Below, piece by piece: positions 28,436 to 38,485 of a stretch of 64,000 nucleotides of DNA; the stretch's first letter is position 1; each line of letters begins with the position of its first letter. The stretch comes from Candidatus Latescibacterota bacterium (lineage in GTDB: Bacteria; Latescibacterota; UBA2968; UBA8231). The notes beneath the pieces were generated by a model. It did not search any database. It saw only the letters and a list, made by a program, of their open reading frames with translations, and was not told the origin of the DNA. The stretch spans positions 576,001-640,000 of the forward strand of contig CBDCSU010000005.1 in NCBI GenBank assembly GCA_965221775.1, written 5' to 3'. Position numbers and translations under genes: made by a program.

Positions 28436-29752
28436 TCAGAACCGCACGTGGATGCTCTCGGGGGACTTCATGGACAGATCCTTGGCCACCGGGCAGCCGC
28501 CGTCCAGATGGGCCTCGAACTCCTCGGCGAAGGCGGCGGCCAGGGCGCTGACCGCGGAACCGGCGAGGGGTCCGTGCCCGCACAGGGCCAGGGACGAGGT
28601 CAGGGACGCGGTCCTGGAGCGCAACTGCTCCAGCTCCCCCGCGCTCGAGGCGCCGGCCTCGAGCCGCTCGAGGGCGCCGGCAGCCCAGGCCAGACCCTCG
28701 CGGCATGGCGGGCACTGGGCGCAGGACGCGCCGGCCAGGGAGGACGCCACCAGCCGCGCCGTGTCCACGGCGCAGACCGTCTCGTCGGCGACGATGACGG
28801 CCCCCGAACCGAAGTCGCCGTCGAGGCCGCCGCCGCCGGGGCGGCTCCAGGCCCCGGGATCGACGGGCCGGTCGAGATCGGCCTCGCGCAGCACGGGCCG
28901 GGAACCGTACCCGGAGTGGAGGACGAACTTCAGGGGCCGGCCTTCCGGCGTCCCCCCCGCCAGCCCCTCCACCAGACCGCGGAAGGTGCCCGAACCGAGG
29001 GCCACCTCATACAGACCCGGGCGGCGCACGAGGCCGCTGATGCAGAAGACCTGGGTCCCCGGCGCCGAGGCGCTGCCCACGGCGCGGAAGGCGGCGCTCC
29101 CCCCCGCCATCACCCGCGGCAGGTAGCCGAGGGTGGAGGCGGTATGCACGGCGGCAGGCTCACCGAAGAGGGTGGCGGCCGGCCCCCGGGTGCCGTCCGC
29201 TGCCCTCGGCTCGGGGCGGCCGCCCTCGATCAGGTTGAGGGGCAGGCTGTCGCCCGCGGCGATCGGCAGCGGTCCGGGCACCGGGTGCAGGTGGATGGCC
29301 AGACCGTGGCCGCCGATCTCTCCCGCCTCGCCCAGTTCCGCAAGGGCCGCGGCCAGGGCCTTCCGCGCCCGCAGCGCGTCGGCGCGGATGCAGAGGAAGG
29401 CCGCCGAGGCGCCGGTGGCCAGGGCGGCGATACGCACGCCCTCCAGCAGCCGGTGGGGGTGGCGCTCCGCCAGCTTGCGGTCGCGGAAACGGCCCGGCTC
29501 CGGCTCCAGCAGGTCGGCCACCAGGTAGCGGGCGCCGCCGCGCTCCCTCAGGGCCTGCCAGCGCTCCCCCACCGGCCGCCAGGAGCCGCCGCGGCCTCTC
29601 AGGCCGGAGGCCGTCACCTCCTCCGCCACCCCCTCCGCTCCCAGGGCCCGGGCCCGGTCGATGCCCTCGCCGCCGCCGCCCCGGCAGTAGACCTGGTAGC
29701 GCTCGACGTCGGGCACGTCGATGCCCTCGAAGAGCAGGCGGTGCTCGTTCAC
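28436..29752 (-). CDS. nuoF: NADH-quinone oxidoreductase subunit F-like (divergent FMN site)
   Basis: SGLRGRGG, EPG.F.DR, ISG.V.RPG.YE, GSGAVIV, SCAQCPPCREG...C (N3). Confidence 0.85.
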   Translation of the reverse strand: MNEHRLLFEGIDVPDVERYQVYCRGGGGEGIDRARALGAEGVAEEVTASGLRGRGGSWRPVGERWQALRERGGARYLVADLLEPEPGRFRDRKLAERHPHRLLEGVRIAALATGASAAFLCIRADALRARKALAAALAELGEAGEIGGHGLAIHLHPVPGPLPIAAGDSLPLNLIEGGRPEPRAADGTRGPAATLFGEPAAVHTASTLGYLPRVMAGGSAAFRAVGSASAPGTQVFCISGLVRRPGLYEVALGSGTFRGLVEGLAGGTPEGRPLKFVLHSGYGSRPVLREADLDRPVDPGAWSRPGGGGLDGDFGSGAVIVADETVCAVDTARLVASSLAGASCAQCPPCREGLAWAAGALERLEAGASSAGELEQLRSRTASLTSSLALCGHGPLAGSAVSALAAAFAEEFEAHLDGGCPVAKDLSMKSPESIHVRF

Positions 29753-30168
29753 GCCGCCTCTCCCGAGACCAGGTCGTCGAGGCGCCCGGGGGTCAGCCCC
29801 TCGAAGAGGCGACCCCCGCGCTCGAAGGCGGGTGCCGCCGAGCAGACGCCGAGGCAAGGGACGGGGATCACGAGATCGCCGAGACGTTCTCGCATCCGGC
29901 GGACGACCTCGTCGCCCCCCATGAGCCGGCAGCTCAACCCCGCGCAGACGCGCACCCGGTCCCGGGACCGGCCGGCGCCGCGGCTGGAGGCGATCCCGGC
30001 GACGGCGGCGGCCGACAGTCCCGTGAGCCCGGCGATCCAGCGCGCCGCCTCGAGCTCGCAGGCGCCGCGGTCGGTCAGCACCAGGTCGATGAGGGGCATC
30101 AGGGCCCCGGAGGGCCTGGGGTAGCGGCTCAGCAGCTGCCGGGCGCGATGCTCCAGGGCCTCGTTCAC
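29749..30168 (-). CDS. nuoE: NADH-quinone oxidoreductase subunit E-like
   Basis: RYP...ALMPL, VCAGLSC...CLGVC..AP ([2Fe-2S] N1a). Confidence 0.85.
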   Translation of the reverse strand: MNEALEHRARQLLSRYPRPSGALMPLIDLVLTDRGACELEAARWIAGLTGLSAAAVAGIASSRGAGRSRDRVRVCAGLSCRLMGGDEVVRRMRERLGDLVIPVPCLGVCSAAPAFERGGRLFEGLTPGRLDDLVSGEAA

Positions 30169-31685
30169 CGGTCCATCTCGGAGGCGATGACGTTGAGGCT
30201 GGCCACCACCTGCGGTGCCTGGGCGTAGCCGACGCCCGCCAGCAGCGCCGGGAGGACGCGGAAGTGGTACAGCGAGGGCGAGCGCAGGTGGACCCGGACC
30301 GGGCCGCCGGCGCCGTCGGAGACCAGGTAGAAGGCCAGCTCGCCGTCGGCGGACTCGATGGGGAGGTAGATGTCGGACCGCTCGGGACGATACCCGTGCC
30401 CGTCCATCCAGCGCTCGAAGTGGTCGATCAGCTCGGCGGGCTCCGTGGAGCGCACCGTCGGCCGGGGGGCCTCGTGGGCCAGGGTCGGTCCGCCGGGGGC
30501 GCCGGCCAGGCACTGGCGGGCGATGGAGAGGGACTCCCCCATCTCCTCGATGCGAACCCGCGTGCGCTCGACGACATCGCCGGAGTCGGCCGTGGGCACC
30601 CCGAACCGGACCTCCCCGTAGGCGAGGTAGGGCTCGGTGCGCCGCACGTCGAGGTCGATGCCCGCGGCGCGGGCGGCCGGCCCCGTAACCCCGGCGCCCA
30701 GGGCCTCGGCGGCGTCGAGAACCCCGGCGCCGGAGAAGCGGCGGCGCCAGTCCCGGTGGCCCACCGTGCCGCGCAGGGCATCGGCGCGCAGCCGGTCGAC
30801 GGCGCCCCCCAGGTCGGCCAGCAAGCGGCCGGCGCCGGCGGGCACGTCGGCGGCGATCCCGCCGATGCGCTGGGTGCCGGTGGCCCAGCGGCAGCCGCTG
30901 GCGGCGGCGAGAAAGCGCGCCGCCGCCTCCCGGGCGGTCAGGGCCTGGCCCCACAAGACCGAATCGGGCCCCGCCAGGTTGGCCAGCCAGGCGCAGTGGG
31001 CGGCGATGCGGCTGATCTCGGCCAGCAGCATGCGCACCCAGGTGCACCGGGGCGGCGGCTTGATCCCCAGCAGGGCCTCGGCGGCGAGGATCGCCGCCAG
31101 GCCGGGCACGAACGGCGCCTGCTCGTTGAGGCTCTCGGCCAGCACCGGCAGCTGGGCCCAGGTACGGCTCTCGGCGAGTCTCTCGAAGCCGCTGTGGAGC
31201 CGTCCCGGGCGGGCCGTGGCCGTTTCGATCCGGCCGCCGCGCAGGCGCGCCCCCAAGTCGAGCCGGAAAGGGGTGGCCTCGGAGGGGTCGGGGATCGGCA
31301 CCTCCCCCTCCGGCGGCGGCGGCATCTCTCCGGGGACCATGGCCGGCGGCGCGGGGAACAGCGGCCGCAGGTCCTCCCGCCCCTCGATCCGCATCCCGAA
31401 GCGGCCGGCCATCTCCCGCTCCGGCCAGTCGGCGGCGGGCCAGATGTGGGCCAGCCCCGGCAACTCGCCGGCCCCGGTGGCGGTCAGCCGGATCCGGTTC
31501 CCCGCGGCCGAGCGGAGCTGGTAGACCGCGCGGAGTGGAGAGTCGGTGCCGGCGCCGCCCACGGCGGTGAGGTCGACGAGATGCAGCGTCGGGTCCGCCG
31601 CCAGCAGCGCCTCCACCTGCGGCTCCAGCCGGCCGGCGGAGACCTCCATGGCCGCCGCGGCCTCCGGCGGGGCGGCGGCCGTCAC
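30165..31685 (-). CDS. nuoCD: Fused NADH-quinone oxidoreductase subunit C/D-like (divergent)
   Basis: NuoC part DLTAV...VYQL...WPAADWPEREM..FG; NuoD part EISRI..H, GVTGP..RA.G..D.R...PY, ES.DGE, EMDR C-terminus. Confidence 0.85.
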   Translation of the reverse strand: MTAAAPPEAAAAMEVSAGRLEPQVEALLAADPTLHLVDLTAVGGAGTDSPLRAVYQLRSAAGNRIRLTATGAGELPGLAHIWPAADWPEREMAGRFGMRIEGREDLRPLFPAPPAMVPGEMPPPPEGEVPIPDPSEATPFRLDLGARLRGGRIETATARPGRLHSGFERLAESRTWAQLPVLAESLNEQAPFVPGLAAILAAEALLGIKPPPRCTWVRMLLAEISRIAAHCAWLANLAGPDSVLWGQALTAREAAARFLAAASGCRWATGTQRIGGIAADVPAGAGRLLADLGGAVDRLRADALRGTVGHRDWRRRFSGAGVLDAAEALGAGVTGPAARAAGIDLDVRRTEPYLAYGEVRFGVPTADSGDVVERTRVRIEEMGESLSIARQCLAGAPGGPTLAHEAPRPTVRSTEPAELIDHFERWMDGHGYRPERSDIYLPIESADGELAFYLVSDGAGGPVRVHLRSPSLYHFRVLPALLAGVGYAQAPQVVASLNVIASEMDR

Positions 31686-32020
31686 GGAGACTCCTGCCGG
31701 GCGGGCCGCCCCCCCCGGCGCCCGGCGTGGATCAGGGCGATGGCGATGACCAGGACGAGGAGCAGCATCGGAAGGAAGCCCCCGGCGCTTTCGGACTCGG
31801 CGGCCAGGAGCACGAGGAGCACGACGGCGCCGGAAAGGGCCGGGGCGAGCCAGGCGAGGGGCCGCCATGGGTCACCGGTCTCGACCTCGCCGGCGGCGGG
31901 CTCAGCGGACGACGGGGTCTCCCTGACGGGGCCGGCGAGGGCCCGCCGCAACAGGGCGGCCAGTACCCCCAGCAGCAGCCAGAGGCCGAAGTAGGTGAAG
32001 AGGGGCAGGTAAGCGGTCAA
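31682..32020 (-). CDS. nuoA: NADH-quinone oxidoreductase subunit A-like (highly divergent)
   Basis: TTG start with GGAGG RBS, YLPLF N-terminus, 3 TM segments, 112 aa, first gene of the nuo run. Confidence 0.62.
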   Translation of the reverse strand: MTAYLPLFTYFGLWLLLGVLAALLRRALAGPVRETPSSAEPAAGEVETGDPWRPLAWLAPALSGAVVLLVLLAAESESAGGFLPMLLLVLVIAIALIHAGRRGGRPARQESP

Positions 32021-32079
32021 CGACCCGGCCTCCCGGGGTTGGAGGTGGTCCCGGCGCCGCGGGAGACCGCCCTTCGGCT

Positions 32080-32337
32080 TCAGACGGTGGCCTTCTCGCG
32101 GATCTCCTGCTGCCCCGCGGCGGGTGCCGCAGCCGGATCGAAGCGCCGCTCGGGAACGTCGCCGCACGAGTCCCCTGGCCGGGCGCCGCACTCGCACATG
32201 GGCTCGCCTTCGGCGGCCTGCAGGTTGGCCAGGCCGCCGCAGGAGCCGGTGATCCTGCGGTTGCCGAGGATCACTCCCACGGCCATGCCGGCGATCACCA
32301 GGGCGAAGACGACGAGGGCTGATAGAAAGAGGGCCAT
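32080..32337 (-). CDS. nqrM: Na+-NQR maturation factor NqrM
   Basis: TM segment ...GMAVGVI, then ITGSCGGL...CECG....SC; directly after nqrF. Confidence 0.85.
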   Translation of the reverse strand: MALFLSALVVFALVIAGMAVGVILGNRRITGSCGGLANLQAAEGEPMCECGARPGDSCGDVPERRFDPAAAPAAGQQEIREKATV

Positions 32338-32366
32338 GGGCGGTGTGCAAGCGCTCGGAGGGAGCC

Positions 32367-33605
32367 TCAGCTGCCGAAGTCGTCGAAGCGGATCATCTCC
32401 TCTTCGACGCCCAGATCGTCGAGCATGGCGAGGACCGCCGTGAGCATCATGGGAGGGCCGCAGAGGTAGTACTCGATGTCCTCCGGCGCCGGGTGCTTGC
32501 TCAGGTACTCGTCGAGCACGACCTGGTGGATGAAGCCGGTGGGGCCGGTCCAGTTGTCCTCGGGCAGGGGCTCGGACATGGCCACGTGGAAGGAGAAGTT
32601 CGGGAACTTCTCCTCGAGGTCGCGGAAGTGGTCCTCGTAGAACAACTCCTTGCTCGACCGCGCCCCGTACCAGTAGGAGACCTTGCGTTGCGTGCCCTCG
32701 GTGTGGAACAGGTGGAACAGGTGCGAGCGCAGAGGCGCCATGCCGGCGCCGCCGCCGATGTAGCACATCTCGCGCTCGGTCTCCTGGATGTAGAACTCCC
32801 CGTAGGGGCCGGAGATCGTCACCTTGTCGCCCGGGTCGAGGGCGAAGGTGTACGACGAGGCCAGGCCCGGGTTGACCTTCTCCCAGCCGCCGGCCTTGCG
32901 GTCGATGGGCGGCGTGGCGATGCGGATGTTGAGCATGACGATGTCGCCTTCGGCCGGGTGGTTGGCCATGGAGTAGGCCCGCACCGCCGTCTCCGTGCCC
33001 ACCGTGCGCAGGTCCCAGACCTTGAACCGGTCCCAGTCCTCGTGGAAGCGCTCGTCGATGTCGAAGTCCCGGAAGCTGCACTCGAAGGGCGGCACCTCGA
33101 TCTGGATGAAGCCGCCGGACTGGAAGTCCAGGGTCTCGCCCTCGGGCATCTTGAGGACCAGCTCCTTGATGAAGGTCGCCACGTTGTCGTTGGAGACGAC
33201 CTCGCACTCCATGCGCTTCACCGAGAACACCTCGGGCGGGACCTCGATCTTCATGTCCTGCTTGACCGTCACTTGGCAGGAGAGGCGCTCCCCCTCCTTC
33301 TCCTCGCGCCGGGTGATGTGCTCCTTCTCGGTGGCCAGGATCTCGCCGCCGCCGTCGTGGACCTTGACCCGGCACTGGGCGCAGGTGCCGCCGCCGCCGC
33401 AGGCCGAGGAGACGAAGAGGCCGTTGTCGGCGAGCACGTTCAGCAGCTTGCCGCCCGCCGGGGTGACCAGGTCGCGCTCGCCGTTGACCTCGATGTTTAC
33501 GTCGCCCGTGGCCACCAGCTTCGAGCGCGCCGCCAGGATGACGGCCACCAGGGCCAGGACCACGCCGGTGAACATGCTCACGCCGCCGAGGATGCTGTCG
33601 ATCAT
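32367..33605 (-). CDS. nqrF: Na+-translocating NADH:quinone oxidoreductase subunit F
   Basis: [43 protein letters not shown]. Confidence 0.98.
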   Translation of the reverse strand: MIDSILGGVSMFTGVVLALVAVILAARSKLVATGDVNIEVNGERDLVTPAGGKLLNVLADNGLFVSSACGGGGTCAQCRVKVHDGGGEILATEKEHITRREEKEGERLSCQVTVKQDMKIEVPPEVFSVKRMECEVVSNDNVATFIKELVLKMPEGETLDFQSGGFIQIEVPPFECSFRDFDIDERFHEDWDRFKVWDLRTVGTETAVRAYSMANHPAEGDIVMLNIRIATPPIDRKAGGWEKVNPGLASSYTFALDPGDKVTISGPYGEFYIQETEREMCYIGGGAGMAPLRSHLFHLFHTEGTQRKVSYWYGARSSKELFYEDHFRDLEEKFPNFSFHVAMSEPLPEDNWTGPTGFIHQVVLDEYLSKHPAPEDIEYYLCGPPMMLTAVLAMLDDLGVEEEMIRFDDFGS

Positions 33606-33619
33606 CAGTCGGTCGCTTC

Positions 33620-34234
33620 CTACAGCTGGATGCCGGAGAAGGCCATGAAGGCCATGGCCATGAGGCCCACGGTCATGAAGGTGATGCCCAGGCCGCGCAG
33701 GCCATGGGGTATGTCGGCGTAGCGCAGCTTCTCGCGGATGCCGGCGAGTCCGACGATGGCCAGGGCCCAGCCGACGCCGGAGCCGAAGCCGAAGACGACG
33801 CTCTCGCCGAAGCCGTAGTCGCGCTCGACCATGAACAGGGAGCCGCCGAGGATGGCGCAGTTCACCGTGATCAGGGGCAGGAAGATGCCCAGGGCGGTGT
33901 ACAGGGCCGGCACGTACTTGTCGAGGAACATCTCCAGGATCTGAACGCTGGCGGCGATGACACCGATGTAGCTGATGAGCCCCACGAAGGTGAGGTCGAC
34001 GCCGCCGAGGCCGAGGGCCGCCAGGGCCTCCTCGCGCAGGAGATGGCGGTAGACCAGGTTGTTCAGGGGCACGGTGATCGTCTGCACGACGACGACGGCG
34101 ATGCCGAGGCCGAAGGAGGTGGAGACGCGCTTGGAGACGGCCAGGAAGGTGCACATGCCGAGGAAGAAGGCGAGGGCGATGTTCTCGACGAAGACCGCCT
34201 TGACGAAGAGGTTGAGGCCGGCCTCGAACATCAC
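33620..34234 (-). CDS. nqrE: Na+-NQR subunit E
   Basis: [31 protein letters not shown]. Confidence 0.97.
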   Translation of the reverse strand: MMFEAGLNLFVKAVFVENIALAFFLGMCTFLAVSKRVSTSFGLGIAVVVVQTITVPLNNLVYRHLLREEALAALGLGGVDLTFVGLISYIGVIAASVQILEMFLDKYVPALYTALGIFLPLITVNCAILGGSLFMVERDYGFGESVVFGFGSGVGWALAIVGLAGIREKLRYADIPHGLRGLGITFMTVGLMAMAFMAFSGIQL

Positions 34235-34884
34235 ACCCCCTCCTCAAGCGGCTGATCGACCGCAGGATCTTTGGCGATCTGCCTGGGTTTGAACCATCGC
34301 AGCACCCAGATGAAGGCGCCGATGATGAAGAAGGCGCTCGGCGGCAGCAGCATCAGGCCGTTGGGCACGTACCAGCCGCCCTCCGACGCCAGGGCCAGGA
34401 TCTCGGCGCCGAAGAGCTTGCCCGAGCCGAAGAGCTCGCGGAAGACCCCCACCACCAGCAGGATCAGGCTGTAGCCGAGGGCGTTGCCGAGGCCGTCGAG
34501 CATGCTCAGCCCGACGCCCTCCTTCATGGCGAAGGCCTCGGCCCGGCCCATGATGATGCAGTTGGTGATGATGAGCCCCACGAAGACCGACAACTGCTTG
34601 CTCATGCCGAAGGCATAGGCGCGCAGAAACTGGTCGACGATGATCACGAGGGAGGCGATGACCGTCATGTGCACGATCATGCGGATGTTGGTGGGGATGT
34701 GGGTGCGGATCAGGCTGATGGCGCCGTTGGAGAAGACGAGGACGAAGATCACCGCCAGGCACATGGTGACCGACGTCTCGAGCTTGCTGGTCACCGCCAG
34801 GGCCGAGCAGATCCCGAGGATCTGCAGGGCGATGGGGTTGTCCTCGAAGACAGGGGCCAGCAGGGTGTCTCGGGCCTTGCCCAT
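34231..34884 (-). CDS. nqrD: Na+-NQR subunit D
   Basis: [35 protein letters not shown]. Confidence 0.97.
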   Translation of the reverse strand: MGKARDTLLAPVFEDNPIALQILGICSALAVTSKLETSVTMCLAVIFVLVFSNGAISLIRTHIPTNIRMIVHMTVIASLVIIVDQFLRAYAFGMSKQLSVFVGLIITNCIIMGRAEAFAMKEGVGLSMLDGLGNALGYSLILLVVGVFRELFGSGKLFGAEILALASEGGWYVPNGLMLLPPSAFFIIGAFIWVLRWFKPRQIAKDPAVDQPLEEGV

Positions 34885-34887
34885 GGT

Positions 34888-35664
34888 TCAAGCCTCTCCT
34901 TCGTCCCGCAATCGCTCCAGGAAGGGGCCGTAGCCCTCCCCGCCGAGCCAGTAGTGGAGCATGTCCTGCACGCCGCGCGAGGTGATCGTCGCCCCCGACA
35001 GCCCGTCGACGCTGTGCACGGCGTCCGGGGCGCCGGCGGCGACGGCACCCCGCGGGATGCGGATCGCCACCCGGCCGTCGTCGCCGAAGGCGCGCTTGCC
35101 GTTCCACTGCGCCTTCCACGCCGGGTTGTCGACCTCGCCGCCGAGGCCGGGGGTCTCGCCGTGCTGGTAATATACGAGGCTGCGGATCGTGTCGAGGTCG
35201 TCCCGGTCGAGGGCGACGAAGCCGTAGAGGGTCGACCACAGTCCCCGGCCGAAGATCGGCATGATCACCTTGTCGACCTCTCCCCGGCGGCTGACCAGGT
35301 AGACGGGCATCAGTCTGGCGCGGCGCCGGATGCCGGCGCGGCTGCCCAGCTCGGAGGTGTCGACCCCCTGCTCGGGGTCGGCGGCGGCGGCGATGTAGTC
35401 GTAGGCGCCGGGATCGACGCCGTCCACGTAGGCGCCGGTGGACAGGTCGACGATGCGGACCTCGATGCGCTCGAAGAGCTCGTCGATGGTGCGGCCCTCC
35501 TCGGCGAGGCCCGCCGCCATCAGGATGTTGCGCTTCTTGTCCAGCAGCTTGTTGATCTCCTGGGTGGGCCGCAGCACCACCGCCGCCCCGGAGACCAGGA
35601 CCGAGCAGACGACGCACAGGAGGAAGGCGACGGTGAAGGTCTGGCCCATGCTCTCTCTGGCCAT
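34888..35664 (-). CDS. nqrC: Na+-NQR subunit C
   Basis: GRGLWS, HGETPGLG, flavinylation motif VDGLSGATITS. Confidence 0.96.
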   Translation of the reverse strand: MARESMGQTFTVAFLLCVVCSVLVSGAAVVLRPTQEINKLLDKKRNILMAAGLAEEGRTIDELFERIEVRIVDLSTGAYVDGVDPGAYDYIAAAADPEQGVDTSELGSRAGIRRRARLMPVYLVSRRGEVDKVIMPIFGRGLWSTLYGFVALDRDDLDTIRSLVYYQHGETPGLGGEVDNPAWKAQWNGKRAFGDDGRVAIRIPRGAVAAGAPDAVHSVDGLSGATITSRGVQDMLHYWLGGEGYGPFLERLRDEGEA

Positions 35665-35675
35665 GGCGCCGTCCC

Positions 35676-36884
35676 CTACGATACGGCCGTGCGCAGGGCG
35701 CGCCGGCGGATGTTGGCCTGCACCACGAGGTAGTCGAAGACCGGGGCGAAGACGTTGCCGAAGAGGATGGCGAGCATCACCCCCTCCGGGAAGGCCGGAT
35801 TGACGACCCGGATGAGCACGGTCATGACCCCGATCAGGGCGCCGTAGAGCCACTTGCCGAGGTTGGTGAAGGAGGCCGACACCGGGTCGGTGGCCATGTA
35901 TACGCAACCGAAGGCGAAGCCTCCGAGCAGCAGGTGCCAGACCGGGTCGAGGGCGAACATGTGGTTGGTCTGGCTGTCGACCTGGTGCAGCAGCCAGGCC
36001 AGCAGGAAGGTGGTGGCCGTCATGCTCGCCATGATGCGCCACGAGCCGATGCCGGTGGCGATGAGGATGACGGCGCCGATGAGGCAGGCCAGGACCGAGG
36101 TCTCGCCCATCGACCCGGGGAGCACCCCGAGGAAGGCCTGCATCTTGGTGAAGCCCGCCTCCATGGGGGCGATGCCGTCGGCCGGGACCTGGCCGAGGGG
36201 GGTGGCCCGGGAGTAGCCGTCGACGGCGACCCAGATGCGGTCCCCCGTGATCTCCACCGGGTAGGCGAAGTAGAGGAAGGCGCGGGCCGTGAGGGCCGGG
36301 TTGAGGAAGTTCTTGCCCGTGCCGCCGAAGATCTCCTTGCCGATGACGACGCCGAAGGAGATGCCCACCGCCACCTGCCACAGGGGGATCGTCGGCGGCA
36401 GGGTGAGGGGGAAGAGCATGCCCGTCACCAGGAAGCCCTCGTTCACCTCGTGGCGGCGGATCGTCGAGAACAGGGCCTCCCAGAAGCCGCCCACGGCGTT
36501 GCACACCAGGAAGACCGGCAGGAACCAGAGGGCGCCGTGGACGACGTTGGCCACCAGGCTGCCCGGGTCGACGCCGACCCCGAGGACGGTGAGGACGACC
36601 CCGCGCCAGCCGTCGGCGGTGGTGCGGCCCAACTCGGCCAGGGCCAGGTTCGCCTGGTACCCCGTGTTCCACATGGCCATGAAGATGCACGGCACCATTG
36701 CCAGAACGACGGTGATCATCATGCGCTTCAGGTCGAGGCCGTCGCGCACGTGGGCGGCGTTGCGGGTGACGTCGGAGGGGGTGTACAGGAACGTGTCGAC
36801 CAGCTCGTAGAGCGGATAGAGGCGCTCGAGCCGTCCGCCCCGCTCGAAGTGGGGCTCCACCGAGTCGAGGAGCTGGCGCAGCAC
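35676..36884 (-). CDS. nqrB: Na+-NQR subunit B
   Basis: [55 protein letters not shown]. Confidence 0.97.
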   Translation of the reverse strand: MLRQLLDSVEPHFERGGRLERLYPLYELVDTFLYTPSDVTRNAAHVRDGLDLKRMMITVVLAMVPCIFMAMWNTGYQANLALAELGRTTADGWRGVVLTVLGVGVDPGSLVANVVHGALWFLPVFLVCNAVGGFWEALFSTIRRHEVNEGFLVTGMLFPLTLPPTIPLWQVAVGISFGVVIGKEIFGGTGKNFLNPALTARAFLYFAYPVEITGDRIWVAVDGYSRATPLGQVPADGIAPMEAGFTKMQAFLGVLPGSMGETSVLACLIGAVILIATGIGSWRIMASMTATTFLLAWLLHQVDSQTNHMFALDPVWHLLLGGFAFGCVYMATDPVSASFTNLGKWLYGALIGVMTVLIRVVNPAFPEGVMLAILFGNVFAPVFDYLVVQANIRRRALRTAVS

Positions 36885-36886
36885 GA

Positions 36887-38245
36887 TCAGAAGTCCCTCT
36901 CGATGAGTTCGAGGTTCTGCCGCAGCAGCGGCCCGTACTCGGTCTTGCCCGGGCAGACGAAGGTGCACAGGCCGAGGTCTTCCTCGTCGAGCTCCAGCGC
37001 GCCCAGCTCGACGGCGCGCTCGGCGTCGCCGGTGATCAGGGCCCGCAGCAGGAAGGTGGGCAGGATGTCGAGGGGCATGACCGCCTCGTAGGAGCCCACC
37101 GGCACCATCGCCCGCGGCGAGCCGTTGGTGCTGGTGTCGAAGGCGAAGCGCCGCCGGGGGAGCATGGCCGAGGCGAAGACCCGCTTGACCGAGAACTTGT
37201 CCGCCCCCGGGGACTGCCAGCCGAGAAGCTCGCGCGCGCGGTTCTCGCGCACCGCCGAGACCTGCAGGTGCCAGCGGCCGAGGAAGTCGAGAGGCCCGGA
37301 GGCCTGGCGCCCGGCCAGCAGCGATCCGGAGACGACGCGCGCCTCCACGCCCGAGGTCAGCTCCCCCGCCACGAGATCGCCGAGGCAGGCGCCCATGCGC
37401 GTGCGCAGGAGCCGGGGCCGCTCGACCAACGGCCCGCCGAGGGCGACGACGCGCTCGTGGTTGATGCGCCCCGTCAGGAACAGGTCGCCCACGGCGGCCA
37501 CGTCCTGGTAGTTGATCCAGAACACCTGCTTCTGCAGGCCGGCGCCGTCGAGGAAGTGGATGTGGGTCCCGGCGAGGCCGGCCGGGTGGGGCCCGCTGAA
37601 CTCGGCCACGGTGACGTCGGCGCCGTCCGCCGGGATGGCGGCGCCCGGGGCCTTGCACAGGTAGATCTCGCCGGCTCCCAGTCGGCCGAGGGCGGCCAGG
37701 CCGGCGCGGAAGGCGTCCTCGCGGCCGGCGAGGGCGACGGCGGGGTCGGCGCACAGCGGGTTGGTGTCGATGGCGGTTACGAAGATCGAATGCGGCTGAG
37801 TACCCGGCAGCGGCACCTTGCTGTAGGGTCGCTGCCGCAGCCCGGTCCACAGGCCCGACTGCACGAGGGCGCCGCGCACCTGCTCGGGACTCAGGTCCTC
37901 CGGGCGCCGGCCGCCGATGTCGAAGGTCTCCTCGCCGACCCGGTCGTCGAGCTCGACGATGACGGAGAGGAGCCGGCGCTTGTCGCCGCGGTGGACGCCG
38001 GCGACCCTGCCCGCTCCCGGCGAGGTGAAGCGCAGTCCGGGCCGCCGCTTGTCCTCGAAGAGCAGCTGGCCGGCGCGGACGCTGTCGCCCTCCTGCACGG
38101 CCATCGTCGGCCGCAGGTCGTGGTAGTCGAGGCCGACGAGGGCCACCCGCGCCGGGGCGGGCGCGTCCTCCACGACCTGCCGGCACTCGCCCGTGATCGG
38201 CAGGTCGAGGCCCTTGCGGAGGGTGAAGGAGCGGTTCTCAGCCAT
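36887..38245 (-). CDS. nqrA: Na+-NQR subunit A
   Basis: [38 protein letters not shown]. Confidence 0.97.
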   Translation of the reverse strand: MAENRSFTLRKGLDLPITGECRQVVEDAPAPARVALVGLDYHDLRPTMAVQEGDSVRAGQLLFEDKRRPGLRFTSPGAGRVAGVHRGDKRRLLSVIVELDDRVGEETFDIGGRRPEDLSPEQVRGALVQSGLWTGLRQRPYSKVPLPGTQPHSIFVTAIDTNPLCADPAVALAGREDAFRAGLAALGRLGAGEIYLCKAPGAAIPADGADVTVAEFSGPHPAGLAGTHIHFLDGAGLQKQVFWINYQDVAAVGDLFLTGRINHERVVALGGPLVERPRLLRTRMGACLGDLVAGELTSGVEARVVSGSLLAGRQASGPLDFLGRWHLQVSAVRENRARELLGWQSPGADKFSVKRVFASAMLPRRRFAFDTSTNGSPRAMVPVGSYEAVMPLDILPTFLLRALITGDAERAVELGALELDEEDLGLCTFVCPGKTEYGPLLRQNLELIERDF

Positions 38246-38485
38246 GGGAGCGGCCCATGCCCGCGAGGCGGATGGCCGCCCCGGGGGGTGGCGCGCCCGC
38301 GGCGGCGGTACGGGGTCGAAACCGGTGTTTGGGAGACGCTGGCCGGAGGGCCCGATGTGGAGGGAGGGCGCAGACCGGACGCGTCGGGTGGCAGGACAAG
38401 GCTTGCTGTCGGCGATCCGTGGGGGGAGGTGTGGACTGGATACGCACCGGGAACCGGTGCTGTGACATCGTCCTGAAGTTGAGTT

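Noticed and set aside
20649-32020. Reading the divergent cluster as an Mrp antiporter, a group 4 hydrogenase or a formate dehydrogenase
   Set aside because: Gene order is nuo-like with E/F/G and H. There are no NiFe CxxC motifs, no small subunit and no mrpE/F/G, and the NuoG-like protein is too short for a Mo-enzyme.
20649-32020. Calling the nuo genes pseudogenes
   Set aside because: No internal stops or frameshifts were seen, lengths are near normal and start/stop overlaps are preserved.
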